DNA of 64,000 nucleotides from contig OZ025785.1 of assembly GCA_964019425.1 (NCBI GenBank), positions 930,001 to 994,000 on the forward strand. Reading direction: 5' to 3'. The notes under the pieces are model-generated. The model was not told the DNA's origin, did not search any database, and saw only the letters and a program-made list of their open reading frames with translations. Position 1 is the stretch's first letter, and each line of letters opens with the position of its first letter. Below, in pieces: positions 1-13,735 of this stretch. The translations under genes and the position numbers were made by a program. This DNA is from Flectonema sp. DT1601 (lineage: Eukaryota).

Positions 1-1555
1 CCGCATCAGTAATGAACCAATCAATGATAAGGTCGCACTACGTCGCAACGGTAATTTGAAAAAAAAAAAAAAAAAGTAAAAAATATTAATCACTCGACAA
101 TCCGATGCGGGAAAACCCCACATTAGATAATTTGTGAATTTTTTTAACATACGAGAGGAAGAAACTTTTTTTTTTTTTCATGGACAGCTGCTACATCGTT
201 CCGATGGACAAAATAATGCCAAGTCGAGCGGTGTGCATACTTGCCAGTCTTGTATTTAATAAAAAACATATATAAAATAAAACAAAATAAAACTCTCTTG
301 CAATGATGTAAAAAATGATACTCACCCCGGTATCTCGCACCGATTGTTGCCAATGCATAGCGCAAGCTCGCTGCGACAGAAATGAATACACGAAAGAAAA
401 AAAAAAGGGGGGAAAAAAAAAGAAAACTAATGCAGGAAACGTGTGTGATTTTTATTTTGTAGTTTGTATGGGGGAAAACTTATTTGAGGAAGGGAGAGGT
501 TAAAATAGAACTGAAGAAGAAGGAAAAGAATCTCAAAAAATATTGAGAACAATGACCTACCAAAAGGAAGACTGCAGAATGATCATAAGCAGATCGATAC
601 TTAGCAAAGCCTTCCTTCAAAGATATAACTCAGAAGGAAATAATAAAATAAAAAAAAATAAAACGGAAGTCACTTTGTTTCCTACCTCAAAAATAGTAGG
701 ACTCCTCCTCGTCTCATAATCTGCAGATAAAGTGAACAAAAAAAAAAAACGGATCTCAAATTAGGATCGTAGTTGACACAGATACTCTATTTGTGCTCTC
801 ATAAAAAGAGATAAACGAGTGGGGGAAATTAAGTATCTTTTTTTTTTTCACATACATAAGCTTGGTAAAGAGTCAGTTTTTTTTTTTTTTTTTTTTGTCT
901 TTTTTTGCTGTTTCTCTTCTTTGATGATGCACATGCTATAATAGCCACATGCTACCCAAAAGAATAGAAATGGAAGGTAAAAATTTGATACCTTTTTTTT
1001 TTTTTTTTTTTTTTGGAAGGGAAAACCAATACATTTGAATAAGAACAAGTCCAAAAAAAAAAAAATAACAAAAAAAAAAACACATTATTAACAATTCTCT
1101 CAAATTTCTATGATGCGCAATGGCTGCCAAGAAGTAGTACACTACAGTAGGGAGGAAGGGGATGTGACCCCGACCGCTTTCAGAAACCGTATACAATGTG
1201 ATGGTCAGCTTACAGGAACAGTTATGTGGAAATCAATAACTAAAAAATACTCCAACAAACCCCCAAAACGAAAGCACTAAATTTCTTCTGGCAGACCATT
1301 GCAGTATCCAATGCTGAAATTCAAAAGAGAATCTAAAGATTTTTTCTTTTTTTTTTTTTTTTTTGTTGGTTGGCAGGAGGGAATAGAGAAAAACAAAACA
1401 AAAAAAAGAAATAAAGGCATATTGCGATCGAACAATCAAAACAAATTAACCTCAGTAAAGTACGGGAGCGGGAAAAAAAAAAGAAAGAGAAATAAAACGC
1501 GCTACTAATCAGACGAGCAGATTTCGTGCAAATAATAACACATGTCCATTTCAGA

Positions 1556-3382
1556 TTAAAAAGAGGTACATGCAGTACGTGTACATTGCGACAACCCTCC
1601 TAATCTCACAATTGAACTAACCAAATGCAATGAGAAATACCAACAAATATCCTTGGCAGGCATCGACGTTGGAAGTGACATAATTGTGTTGCGAGCGATG
1701 TCTGGTTTTGCGTTAGGTCCTGTTAGACGGAAGTGGGCAGCTGTAAAAGGACCAGTTAGCATTTTAAAAGCCAAGGCTGGGTCTGAAAACCATAAAGCAG
1801 CAGACACCCTACACCCAATAGCTTCAGCAAGAGAATCAGAGTATGGAATCCAGTTGACGAGAGTCTTAAGTCTTCCATCAAAGTCTCTTTGTTGGATGTC
1901 ATTAGCAACAGCGATGTCTTTCATCATTAATTCTTCTGAAGGTAATTCTAACTCTCCACTAATAACCTTAGCAAGACATCTTGCTTGAACCTCTGCAATT
2001 GGTGGAATGGCTCCGATGTGAGGTCTGGCAGTTCCTAAGAAAGCTAACCCAGGCTGAGATACAGGAAACATATATTTGTACATCTGTGATGGGCAGTTGC
2101 ACGTGCTGACTGATGATGCTGCTCCTTCAGTCTGGATGTTACCAAATAGCGAACCAGACGTATCAAATCCAGTACAGAGTAATATAGCATCGCAGTTGTT
2201 CATAACATTACCGTCAGTGAATGTTACTGTTGAGCCTTCAATTTTATCAATTTGTGAAACTAATTTAAGAGATCCGTTTACAATCCTCGGAACAAAGTGA
2301 TCAGACTTTGTAGCAAATTGAGAGAATGCTCCCTTCTTTGATGATTTCAATAATTCGTATTCAACAATGTCATGTGGTGACATAACTCCGGAGTAGTACT
2401 TGGCTGATCTGACCATGTCTGCTGACAAGTTGTGAAGCCACTTTGGAAGTGAGTAACGTAATCTGTTGCTGTCATAATCATTATTTAAACCAGTCGAAGG
2501 GTTCTTTCTGCTGACAACAAACGCTCCAGATCTCGATGAGAGGAATGCAACGTTTGCGTTGTCACCAATTTCTGCGGCTACGTCAGCAGATGTTTCACCG
2601 AGTCCGACTACGATAACATTCTTACCTTTAAACTCATCCGGAGAAACGTAGTCTTTGCTGTGTACAATCTGACCTTTGAATGATTCAACACCGCTCATAA
2701 CAGGAATATTTGGCTTAACGTGAAGTCCTGAGCAAACAGCTACGTAGTCAAAGGTTTCAGTAGTACTACAACCTGTTGAGTAATCGGTTACAATGACAGT
2801 TGACTTTCCTGTTTTATCATCAAGCGATACCTTCGTAACCATTGAGTTGAATTTAATGTTACCAAAGACGTTGAATTCCTTTGCGTATTTCTCTAAATAC
2901 TTAACATAAACCTTTGCTGGGTAGTGGTGGTGATCACCCTCAGGAGGAGGAAAGTCAGAAAAAGCAGTTACAAAAGGTGATGAAGTCAACCTAGCAGACT
3001 TGTAACAATGTGCAAAAGTACCTCCAACAGTGTCAGAACCTTCAAAGCAAGTAACAGAATGTCCAGCATCAGTAAGTTCCTTTAGGGTGACCAGTCCAAC
3101 AGGACCAGCTCCAATAACGGCAACTCTCTTCGAGACGTTTTTATTAGTTTTAATGAACTCACCGTATTGCATTGATTTCAGACGAATACCCATAAAGTTA
3201 AATACAACGTAGCTGACAATCATGATTCCCATCGCCAGTCCAATAATTGGGAATTGCCATCCCATCAAAGAGAGAACCAACGGAATCCCGACAGTCACAG
3301 CAATGTGAAGCATTAATGGTAGTGTTTGTTGAACGTCGTCTCCCCATACATTTTGTTTTTCGAGTTTTTTAATATTACACAT
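1556..3382 (-). CDS. Flavin-containing monooxygenase with N-terminal membrane helices
   Basis: FAD motif VIGAGPVG, FMO-like motif FKGQIVHSKDY, NADPH motif VVGLGETS and LCTGF. First ATG taken at 3382 (MCNIKK), downstream of a T-rich tract and AG. Confidence 0.9.
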   Translation of the reverse strand: MCNIKKLEKQNVWGDDVQQTLPLMLHIAVTVGIPLVLSLMGWQFPIIGLAMGIMIVSYVVFNFMGIRLKSMQYGEFIKTNKNVSKRVAVIGAGPVGLVTLKELTDAGHSVTCFEGSDTVGGTFAHCYKSARLTSSPFVTAFSDFPPPEGDHHHYPAKVYVKYLEKYAKEFNVFGNIKFNSMVTKVSLDDKTGKSTVIVTDYSTGCSTTETFDYVAVCSGLHVKPNIPVMSGVESFKGQIVHSKDYVSPDEFKGKNVIVVGLGETSADVAAEIGDNANVAFLSSRSGAFVVSRKNPSTGLNNDYDSNRLRYSLPKWLHNLSADMVRSAKYYSGVMSPHDIVEYELLKSSKKGAFSQFATKSDHFVPRIVNGSLKLVSQIDKIEGSTVTFTDGNVMNNCDAILLCTGFDTSGSLFGNIQTEGAASSVSTCNCPSQMYKYMFPVSQPGLAFLGTARPHIGAIPPIAEVQARCLAKVISGELELPSEELMMKDIAVANDIQQRDFDGRLKTLVNWIPYSDSLAEAIGCRVSAALWFSDPALAFKMLTGPFTAAHFRLTGPNAKPDIARNTIMSLPTSMPAKDICWYFSLHLVSSIVRLGGLSQCTRTACTSF

Positions 3383-4386
3383 ATTTAATGTGGTTGTTGT
3401 AAGTGAACCTAATAATACAAAAAATATATAAAATTCAACAAACTCACATCGATGACATGTAGGCCATAATTTCTCACATAAGTTACATGAGTTGTGTCTT
3501 CTGCTTATTTGTTGGAAATAATTTTTAAAAAAAACTATAAAAAACATAAAGCAGAACTCATAACGTGGATTGAACAAAGAAGAATGGGGAGTCCACTGCC
3601 TGTTTTCTGCTACCCGAATGGGGGTGGAGCGAACCTCGTAGGAAAATTCCAACCAAAAACTAAAGTAAAATAAAATAAACTAACAGACTATACAGTAGCC
3701 ATATGGTACCAAAGGGGAGTGGAGTGGACCTACTAATAACGATCGCATACAAAAGATTTTTTTTTTTTTTTTTTAATTTTTTTTTTTTTTAAAGGAGGAA
3801 AAAGAAAAACTGGGATTGGCCGTCCACCACAATGAAAAAGGGAAAAAGAAGAAAAAAAAACACTTTCCTCACTCCCCTCAAAGCGACAAGTCAAAACTTC
3901 TATCATTCCCCAGATAGTACTTTCTCACGCTAATTAAAGTTTAACAACGGCCTACACTTTCTTGAATATTTCTCAAAAACCCCAACATGGAGACATTGAC
4001 TATTGACGTGTGGCCAAACCAAAACCGTCCGAGAACAGCAGCGACAGGGGTGAAAGAAGGATACAAAAAAAGGAGTCTTTTTTTTTTTTTTTTTTTTTTT
4101 TTTTCCCTTCCAGGGGGCGAAAAAGAGGGGTGCAAAATCGAAGAAATAAAAAAAAACACATACAGGAAAACAAACACAGGCAGCAATACGCAACGCAGCA
4201 TAAGGGAAGGCGGCAAACACTAAGGGGGACAAAAAAGAAAAAAAAGAACAAAGAGAAGAAAAAAAATCCATCTGAAAAAAAATACAAAATTGGGGAAAGC
4301 GGGGATTTGCCATACGTAATTCCTCGTTACTCATTTATCCGAAGGGACGCGTCCATCTACTCAAGAAACGGAACAGCACACTTAAC

Positions 4387-6353
4387 TTAGAACATTGCTT
4401 CTTCTTCTTCTTCCTCAAGGTTATCGTCTTTGCCATCCAACTGTCCGTTGATGAGGTCTTGGATACGCTGAACCTGTTGTTGTGATTGATAAATTAAATA
4501 AAGTTCTCAAAGTGAGACATCAACAACTAAACAACCTCAATAACATACCTTGCCGTGGATTGAGCCCCAGTTCTCTCCTTCAGAGTGAACCTTCAACCAT
4601 GAACGGATCTCGTCAACTTTGCTGAGGTACTCCTCACGTCGTTGGGTTGACACCTCATCGACAACACGTCTGTCAGTAGATAAGAATGTTAGTTTACTAA
4701 AGACAGTCTTACGTAAGAGGTTGTAGTTATCTCTAATGTGTTCCATACGAAGAGAGAAGTCAGCCAAATGATCAGCAAGAAGAGCATGAGGAGTGAATTG
4801 TTCAAGTAATTGCTTACATTGCTTAAGAACTGGAGCTACCACCTGAATAGACTCGTGATCAGTTGGGATTTGTAGAACGTGAATAGTTTCCTGGAAGAAT
4901 AATTTCAATTTCGTACTGAAGTTGCTGAACGCACGAACTTCATTCTCTAACTTACTCTTCTGATGAATTTCCAACATGATGTGACGCTGTCTCTCGTAGG
5001 CGTTGATTTGAAGGTTCAACCAGACCTCGTTAACTTCAACAAGAGCACGCTCAACCATTTTATTTGGAAGGAGTGCCTCACCAGTGTCTCCTAAGTGACT
5101 GAAGTTCTCTTCCATGGTTCCAATATTCTGAATCAGTGACGCACAGAACTCCTGAACATGGTGAGGTTCAGACTGAGCTTCCATGTTAGTACGCTCCTGT
5201 CTACACCACTGCAACAACTTGGCGTCGTCTCTCATAAACTTCTCAAGTCTGCCCTGCATATCAACTCTTCTCTTATCTTCAGTATTAAGGATACCTGACC
5301 AGGTCTCTACTTCTTTCTTTACTTCGCTAAATCTCTCTTTGCAATCACATATGTCAGCATACTCTTCTGGCCATCCAGTTGCCATAAGTTCGGTTCTTAG
5401 AGTCTGTTGTTGTTGTTATTACAAAATAGAACTCAGTAAGTAGAAACTAACGTAGTTCAGTTATTCTTGTCTCACGAGGTCTCTAGAGGGGATAGAAATA
5501 GTAATCTCTAACCCCATGACTAACAATGTTTAATTGGAGTAAACAAATAACACACCTCAAGATTAGTCATCTCAGTTTCGAAATTATCAACTTCCACATC
5601 GCACCAGTTCTTGTACTCGTCCTTGAGGAGGTCGAACTCAGACTGGTCGAGTCTCTGTAAATCTGTTTGTTGTTTTGTTTGCTGCGCAGTCGGTTACTTC
5701 CCTTCCTTTTTCGAATGTATTTATCACATCAGGAGCGTCTACATGTATTAAGGTAACATACCGTATCCGTGACCCTGAGGTCTTAAAGCAGTGTTTCTGT
5801 GCATAAAGAGAACCTTGTATTTCTCAAAGTGACCAAGAAGGGAAACCTTGGCGTCGATTAATTTTTGGAATGCAGAACCCATGTTAGTCCTGTATGTAAA
5901 TGGTCCTTTCTCTTCGTACTGAGCAGCAGCCTTGCGTGCAGTCTGCGCTGCTTTGGTTGCTTCGATAAGCTGACCGTCGAGTTTGGATTCCTCGGTCTTG
6001 GCAGCGTCGTTCTTAACGCGTTCCTCTTCGAGTTGTTCCTTGAGAGTCTTCTTCTCGAGTTTTAATTGAGAGTTTTCCTGTTCGATAAGTTCCAACTGCT
6101 CAGTCTCTTGTTCAATGCTGGTTCTTGCTTCTTCTAATCTGCTGTCAATGAGGTCAATATTCTGACTCAATACAGCATTCATCATACGACACTTCTCTAC
6201 ATACGCAGCCTCAGCTGTTGACTTCAGTCCTTCATCTTCTGGTGCAGCGCGGACAGCAGTCTCCGCCTTTGCTACCACTGGATCGTGGAGCTCACTCGCC
6301 TTGCGAAGGTCGTCGCAAGAAGCTCTCACGGCATCGCATGTCTTGATGGCCAT
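4387..6353 (-). CDS. 4-exon coiled-coil/spectrin-like cytoskeletal protein (546 aa), possibly paraflagellar-rod associated
   Basis: Exons 6353-5762, 5662-5556, 5403-4549 and 4473-4387 join in frame across GT..CAG introns. Helical, heptad-rich sequence. The function is inference only. Confidence 0.75.
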
Positions 6354-6806
6354 TTGATTTGATTTTAATGTCCTGAAGTAAGTAATAGAATATCATAAAT
6401 AATACGCAACAGAAACTATCTGTCTGACCATCTTCTGAGTAGAGTTTTCATTTGAGAGCTCTGGGGGAATAAAATATTAAATAAATTCACAAACAGATAG
6501 CCTAGTAGTAGCTGACGTACTCAGCTCAACACGAGTGTGGAGCTTTTTTTTTTTTTTTTTTTCTTCCTGCTCAAAAAAAGTTACGACGGTCTGTTGCTGG
6601 TTTTTTTTGGAACGCACGAGCAAAGCTCACAACCATCTCCGAGTGCTGAGTTAGGTGGTTGCGACTCACGAGATAGCTGCGTCTCATTACCGACATTACT
6701 ACAGCGTTAAACCTGACAAAGACTCCGATCACGAAATAGTTCACTTCCGATAAGTAAGAAGGGATGGAACTATAAATAATAAATCAAATGAAAGGTTCAA
6801 TCAAAT

Positions 6807-7562
6807 TTATGTTTCTGAGGTGCTGGTCGCCTCCTTCTTAGCTCCGTAGTCGCGCTCTCCGAAAATTGCAGTCCCAACTCTCACCATTGTAGAACCTTCT
6901 GCGATAGCTTCTTCAAGATCTCCACTCATTCCCATGGAGAGATTGTTTATTAAAATGTTTGAAAGTTGTAGTTCGTTGATTTCACTTTGAAGTGATTTGA
7001 GTGTCCGAAAACATTTTCTAACTAAATCACGATCAGGTGAATTGATACCCACAGTCATCAGTCCTGAGATGTGTATTTTATCTCCAAATTTTTCAGAAAT
7101 ATTTTTTGCCAACGGGATACACTCCTCAGGAGTACATCCACTCTTTTGATCCTCACCAGAAGTATTAACCTGAAGGTAGATGTGAATAGTTTTGTTTATG
7201 GTGGTGAGTCTGCTGTAAATCTTTGCCGCTAACTTTCCCGAATCAACAGTTTGAATGCAATCAGCGAATGATAAAATATTATTTACTTTGTTGGTCTGGA
7301 GGTGACCAATAAAGTGTTTTTCGACTTTACTATGGTCATGGATGCCTTCTGCGACCCTTTCCATGGCTGTCTGAACGATGTTTTCAGCTATAACTGGATG
7401 GTCTTCTCGGCAGTGTTCTACAGCTTCAAGAACTTCGCTCATTGCTCGGGTTTTTGTTGCCAGGCAAAGTGTTACTTCTTTTGGGTCCCTACCACATGCT
7501 TCACATGCTGCATCGATTCTTTGATACGTCACTTGGATTCCCTCAGCTATTTTAGTAGACAT
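6807..7562 (-). CDS. PLPBP: PLP homeostasis protein, YggS/PROSC family
   Basis: LATKT (PLP lysine), HFIGHLQTNK, QVNTSGEDQKSG and LSMGMSGD...GSTMVRVGTAIFG motifs. Confidence 0.95.
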   Translation of the reverse strand: MSTKIAEGIQVTYQRIDAACEACGRDPKEVTLCLATKTRAMSEVLEAVEHCREDHPVIAENIVQTAMERVAEGIHDHSKVEKHFIGHLQTNKVNNILSFADCIQTVDSGKLAAKIYSRLTTINKTIHIYLQVNTSGEDQKSGCTPEECIPLAKNISEKFGDKIHISGLMTVGINSPDRDLVRKCFRTLKSLQSEINELQLSNILINNLSMGMSGDLEEAIAEGSTMVRVGTAIFGERDYGAKKEATSTSET

Positions 7563-7702
7563 TCTTATTACGGTTCTCGTTTTCGATCAGAGCTGATAGA
7601 ACGAAGTAACAAAATGAGAAAAATAAATATGCACAACAAGTCAATAACAAAAAACGAAAGCCACATTAAAAACCAAAACAAAACAAAACAATAATAAGAA
7701 AA

Positions 7703-8200
7703 TTACGTCTGCTGTTTCTTCTTCTTTTTCTTAGCGACTTTATAGGGAGGTAGGGCGCCACTTTTAACAGCCATTTCACGATGTTTATCATCCAGACGGG
7801 CCCACTGTTTTTCTGATATCGCAGCCCCACTCTTGAAGCGAATAGATGCGCAACCGTTCCCGTCGCGGAGGTGTTTTTGTTTTAACTTCATTTTCATTCG
7901 TTTGTCGTGGGCTTGTTTGTAGTTTGTTGTTGTTGTTCGTGATTTTTGTTTTGTATCATATTTTTTATAACGAACTTGCAATTCATTTTGCAATTTTACA
8001 ATGTCTTCCTTCAATGAGTTGCGATCCTCCTCATTAGCCCTCGACATCTTTTTTTTTAACGAAGCTATTTCCTGTTTTAATACTTCTTTTGATTTTTGTT
8101 CTTCACCGATGCTGTCGCTGTGGCTATCCGTCAATGATAGCTCGTCACTGTCGTCGGAGAGCGCTGCTATGCCCTCGTCGTAGTCCTCGCTGTATTCCAT
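7703..8200 (-). CDS. Hypothetical protein (acidic N-terminus, coiled coil, basic C-terminus)
   Basis: 165-aa ATG ORF on the gene-bearing strand between two genes. Confidence 0.65.
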   Translation of the reverse strand: MEYSEDYDEGIAALSDDSDELSLTDSHSDSIGEEQKSKEVLKQEIASLKKKMSRANEEDRNSLKEDIVKLQNELQVRYKKYDTKQKSRTTTTNYKQAHDKRMKMKLKQKHLRDGNGCASIRFKSGAAISEKQWARLDDKHREMAVKSGALPPYKVAKKKKKKQQT

Positions 8201-8616
8201 TATTTAATAAGACTGGTATACAAGAAGGAGTACCACCCTACGTACAAGCTGACCGTATGCAGGAAGAAATTAATATTTTTGAGACTGAAAGAGATCAAAA
8301 AAAGTTTTTTTTTTTCAAGAGACATTAATAACATCTGACGACACACACAAAAAAAAACAAAACAAATCAAGGAATACAATAACAAGAGACTTTTGAGGTA
8401 AGTAATTGCGGCCAACCACTACAATGGGTTTATGGCTGAACACCTCTTTAGATAAATAACACCCTTCACAGTCTCAGGGGCTCTAATTAGTTAAACGAAA
8501 TTGCTGGGGAAGGGGCGATTCGGTGTACGAAAAGAAGAATAAAAAGACAAAAAAAAAAATGCTCCTCATAAATCGCACAAGACATTACTATATATAATAA
8601 ACACAAGAGATGACAA

Positions 8617-11600
8617 CTACCCGTTTCTCTCCGTAAAATGAAAACCAAATCCCATATTCGCAGCATTGAAAGCCGCGTAAGGATCTTTCATGCTGGGTGG
8701 TTCTACAGCTTTTGGAAATCGAGTAGTAGATGGTATGGAATGTAGACGTGGTCCTTGAAATGAAGCAATAACAGAACTCGGCGTCTTAATAGTTTTTGTA
8801 GTCGTAGGACTTGGTGGAGTAGGCGACGTCCATGTTGCATTCTTCAATAAAGTTGCAGGATTGCTGTTGCTAAAAGTATATCTTTGTTGGGTGAGCTGCT
8901 CACGAAGTCGAGAAATCTCAGAGTCACGTTCTTGGACAAGACTCGGCATCAACATTTCAGCATCTTCTACTTTACGTTTTCTTATGACATCATTAACAAG
9001 AGATGATGTTATCCTTGCCATGTCTGGAGTCAATTCTTCGACTACCTCTTGTGAGATGACATCAATGAGTTGAAGTTCAGAAGCTACTTCTTGTTGAGCT
9101 GTTGGGTTCTCATTTATTATTTTATTCTTGAGTCCTTTCACTGTTATCGATCCTCCTGAAACTGCTTTACCAGCTGCTTCGAGAGACTTTGGTATCTTCT
9201 TGGGATCTATTTTCCCATATATACTTACTAAGACCTTCCATAACTTCCTCACAGGTGGGATGCTCAATAATTCTATTGTGTCAAGTGTGAGGGGTATTGG
9301 GTTGAGCTGTTGTTGTTTTTTATTTTGCTTTGTCATATTTAAGTACACAGAACTGTTTTCATATGCCAATATATTCATACCTTGTTAGTCGAGACATTAA
9401 CAGTGCTGTCTTCCGATAATAGAATAGTACAGGAGGTAAGGGATTCTCTTTGAACTACAAAACATTTTTTGTATTGGTAAGCAACGGGGTGACCAGGATC
9501 ACGACCATCTAGAAATTCAGGTAATTTTTGTTGAGTTGCTTTTGATTGAGTGGGTTGTCTTGGAATTAATTCGTCATTTTCAGGTTCTGGTAGGATCTTC
9601 GCAAAGGAACCAACCACAGGAGATCCAGCATCAGGAGAAGGAGAAGATGGTTCTCTAATTCTTGTTGATCCTATTGATTGAGGTGGATTGTCTTGTTCAA
9701 TGACAGCACCGACTCCACTTACTTCAAATTCACAAATCAAACCAGCCTTTGACATTTCTTCATTCGTCTTGGGATCTCTCAAAACAATACTTTTAATTCC
9801 ACTCCTCAAACACTTCACCGGAAGGTAGGCTTCTGCCATGCATATATCCAACGGCTGTTTTTTTGGGAATTTTTTTTTTTTTTTTTCCGCTGCAAAAAGT
9901 AGGATAGCTGCACTTATAAACATACCGCGGGTGCGATGTCATCCCTGTCTAAGACTCTAATTAAAAGAAGAGCTGAATCCGGATCGGATGCCGTGAAGAC
10001 TGCTTTGTTGTTGGTATCAGCACCAGTCCAGTCGGGATTGAAACCGTTTCTGATAACTGGGTTTGTTGTTAATTTTTGTTCTGTCAACGAACTATCGATC
10101 AGCTCTAATATAACATAAGGATCGACAACACCTTTAGCGCTGAATGCGATTGGGAACTTCCAACCTCTGATGATGGTAGTTTTTATAGTCCACGGAGCAA
10201 CTGGTTCTGTCCTAAGTAGGTAGCCACAGCCGTGGTTCAATTCCCTAAATCTAGCAGTGTAGCTCCTGAGGTGTCTGTCAGGCTTTTGCCAATTCAGAGA
10301 TATCATGTGGATTCCTCGTTTCCAAAAGGGAAGATAATCATAATTATCTGAAGCAACTCTTGTCGCACCTGGATACACTCTCATGAGAGTCTTTGATGGT
10401 GACATGTCCGACGGGATGTCCGCATTTTCAGAAAACGATGAAACTTTTTGAAGAGCAAACAAATTAGTCAATTCTCTACTACTCTCAACAGGACGTCCTT
10501 TTATTAATATTCTATTCCGTAAAGAGTCTGGACTGGCATTTATAGGATCAAAGTCAGAATGGCTAAGCAAAAACGGTTTCAACCCCGCCGTCAACATTTC
10601 ACACAATTTCGGTGCGGTTTTATCGCTTATGTGATTCTCCAATGATATGATTACCGGATATGGATTGGTTACGAAAGCGGATGAAACAATCGCTTGCAAA
10701 ACTTCTGTCAAGGGAACCTTACTAGTTAATGTCCTACCATGGTATACCACAATATTACCTTCGTGTTCCCACGCATCAATTTCAACACATCTGCATGATT
10801 TATTTAGGACCTCTGAGTACATCTCGCTGCTTGAATCACCAGTTAACTGATTACCTTTTAAATAAGTATTGTGTGATGAGCTGATGTAATAATTCGACAA
10901 CGGTTTGGTCATATCATGTGAAGTAGCAGCCAATCCATTGTTTAATGGGTTTTTTAAAAATGCACAAAAAGACTTCTTGCTGCTGAATAGAGCTGCAGCA
11001 TCGTGCTGAAGAAGAGGATCGTTAGCGTAGTGGAAAGACTGAATGTTTCTGAGTGCAGTTATCTTTTCATTTGTGGGGGCTTCATTTGAAAAATGTTTAT
11101 CGTACAGAGCCTCAAATTCAGGTATTTGTCCCCTGACCAACCAAAAGTCTCTAAACTCCTTGAAGGTCATTCCCTCCTTCAGGGTCGGCATTGCTAAGTT
11201 CATTTCAGCTATTTCTTTATTGTCAACAATCTGTTTTGTTTTTTTTGTTTTTAATGTGGATTAGCGTTTTGTCTCTTCGTACAAAGAAATTTGGTGATAT
11301 AACCTCACATACATGATCACCATTTGTGTTAATTTTCGCCCAAGCCTTCGTCAATTCCATAATCTCAGGTTCTGTTGTATTTGTAACGTCTTCGCTAGCT
11401 ATCATTATGTCATCGACTGTTACAGCACGTGCGACTTCTTCTGCGAGTTTCCCTATTCTACTGCAATGTTGAACAACCTGTTTGTGATGAGTAGGTTGTT
11501 TATAAAGATAAAAAGAATACATAAAAGTAATGAAAGACAACACACCTTTCGGATTAGTATTTCTGGTTCTATACTTCTGATCTTAGCGCCATGAACACTC

Positions 11601-12340
11601 ACAAGGATCGCAATTATCCTGTCACGGAAACGACGAAGCCACTCCGTACGAGCTTCACTCGCAGCCTCTCTCTGATCGCTATGATATCCTGGCCAGTCAC
11701 AAATATCAGATCCAGGTGGTGCTCTGATGTAGACAGTATGTGGGAGATTTCCTCTTCCTTCTGATCTTTCAGTAACACTTAGATATCCTTGATAGTCAGA
11801 GGTGTCTCTAGAGTGATATCGGTATTTTATTGTGAGTTTAGTATCACCGAAAGTAGCAACACAACCAGAAGAATGGAAAAGATTCTTCTTTCTAATATCA
11901 ATAGGGACTGAGCGTCCATTGTGAATAATAAGATATCGATGTTCAGAGTCAGAACCATCTCTTGGGATTGAAGGTACTAATCTAACAGTCGAGTCATCAG
12001 ACTGGACATCTAAAAGTGTTGTTGTCGATCCAATCTTATGCTCGTTGTTACTCTTTATAATTGAGTACGCAACCCAGTCACTCTCTGCGTCACTTCGGAT
12101 GATCACTTTTCCTGTTTCTTCATTTACTTGAATATCTCCCCAACTCAACTCTTTATATTCTGATATATAAATTGGTTGTTTTGTAACTGAATACCAAGCT
12201 CCTATTAACTGTTGTCCAAGTTGTAGTTCTGCTGATGAGTAATATTCATTATACAGTTCACCTATTAAACAATCAATCATTGATTTGATTTGAAGTTCTA
12301 ATTGGTCTTCCCTCCATCCCAAACCCATACATTGTCCCAT
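8617..12340 (-). CDS. Phosphoinositide-specific phospholipase C (5 exons, about 1142 aa)
   Basis: Exons 12340-11546, 11477-11313, 11230-9926, 9854-9381 and 9306-8617 are all phase 0. X box (YYISSSHNTYL, CRCVEIDAW, YPVIISLENH), Y box (RVYPG..SDNY..MISLNWQ) and a C2 domain split by intron 3. N-terminal MGQC is a possible acylation site. Confidence 0.9.
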
Positions 12341-12949
12341 TCCCTGATGATGGGTAGTACTGTACAGAAATAGTTACATAAACTTTGGCCACCACATACT
12401 CATAACAAAAAATGATCGTTGGCTATATACTACAAACTGTTAAAGAGGGGGTGAAGTACGTTTTTTTATTTTTGCTTAGTATTCCCAAAAGACTCCGAAA
12501 ACTCCAAAAAAAAAAAAGAAAAAAAAGAGTTGACACTCTGCATGTGATGTAACTACAAGGATATGTGTTTAAAAGAGCAAAAGATGATACATTTGCTCGG
12601 AACGGGATACCTGTCCCATTCCACTACCCCCAACTTCCCCCACGACAAGGATTGTTCGACATTATTTATACAGCGGCGGCAATATTACCAAATTAGGTAA
12701 CCTATCATAATTCTGCTTTTTTTTTTTTTTTTTTTTTTTTTTTGAAACTTTTTTTTTTTTTTTTTTTCTGATTGAAAACATGTGTGAAAAACTCAACACG
12801 AGGTTACTCATGTTGGAGGATTATGTCATGCAGGGAATCCAGGGTTTAGCAGCTGAAGAACTTTCTTGTTCTCTAAGTGTCGCTGTAGTCAAATGTCATT
12901 GGTGCTTAAGACAGAAAAACGTGTCCGATATAGATTCACGTCATCTTTA

Positions 12950-13724
12950 TTAGTTTACCGGAGGAAGGTTGCTCTCAATAGCTCTAATCTCTTCCAGTGA
13001 AGTCGCTGATTTAACGAGTTCAGCAATTCGACGACGACCTTCGTCGTCAAGGGATTTCTTCTGTACGGGTGTTGTTGTCTCTTTTGTTGGAAATCTTTTC
13101 AGTGATTCTTCTCTTTCGACTGGTCGTATCTTTTGAAAATCCAAAACTTTTAAACTCGGAACTCTTGCTATAACAAACTCCCGATAACCATCTACCTGGG
13201 TAACAGCGTTACCTATTAGTGATAACCTCTCCAAGGTCGGTATGTCAGCCAACGGTGCTAAACTCTCAAGCTGCACTAAATTGTTATTATGCATTACCAA
13301 GTCTTTCAAACCTGACAAACTTTCTCCTAAAGCAGGTGATATTTTATTGATTCTGTTATTATGAGCGATAAGTGTTCTACAACGAGGCATCAAAGGGAAG
13401 TTGCCAATAATTGTTACTTCGTTGTCACTGAAATCAATCTGTTTTTTTTTTTTTTGTTTTTGTTTTTTTGGTTTTTTTGTGTTACATCTTAAAACAATTA
13501 AAAATAGAACATACCGAGTCTACTCCGTTATTTAGAATTCCTAAATTTTCGATTTCCGCAATCTTGTATCCTCTTATATCAACCTGTTGTTGTTTTGGTT
13601 TTTTTTATTTTTTTTTATAAAATATCACGTGATGAAGTAAGGTAGTCACACATACCTCTCTTTCAGACAACGGGTTTACATATTGTGGACACTTAGCCAA
13701 TAATTCTCCTGTGAGCCTCACCAT
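12950..13724 (-). CDS. SNRPA1: U2 snRNP protein A' (3 exons, 208 aa)
   Basis: Exons 13724-13656, 13583-13515 and 13438-12950 give MVRLTGELL..NPLSERE|VDIRGYKIAEIENLG..|IDFSDNE..LRRs..YREFVI..LKVLDFQKI. Confidence 0.93.
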
Positions 13725-13735
13725 TCAATTGATTC

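Noticed and set aside
144..1508. Many 60-130-aa ORFs rich in K or F, here and in other intergenic regions
   Set aside because: They are translations of A/T homopolymer tracts.
3383..3652. N-terminal 90-aa extension of the FMO ORF
   Set aside because: TTG start with F/I-rich translation of a T-rich upstream tract. The 20903-20989 extension was rejected on the same grounds.
8617..9923. Separate genes for the 253-aa and 182-aa ORFs
   Set aside because: They splice in frame to the PLC gene and complete its C2 domain.
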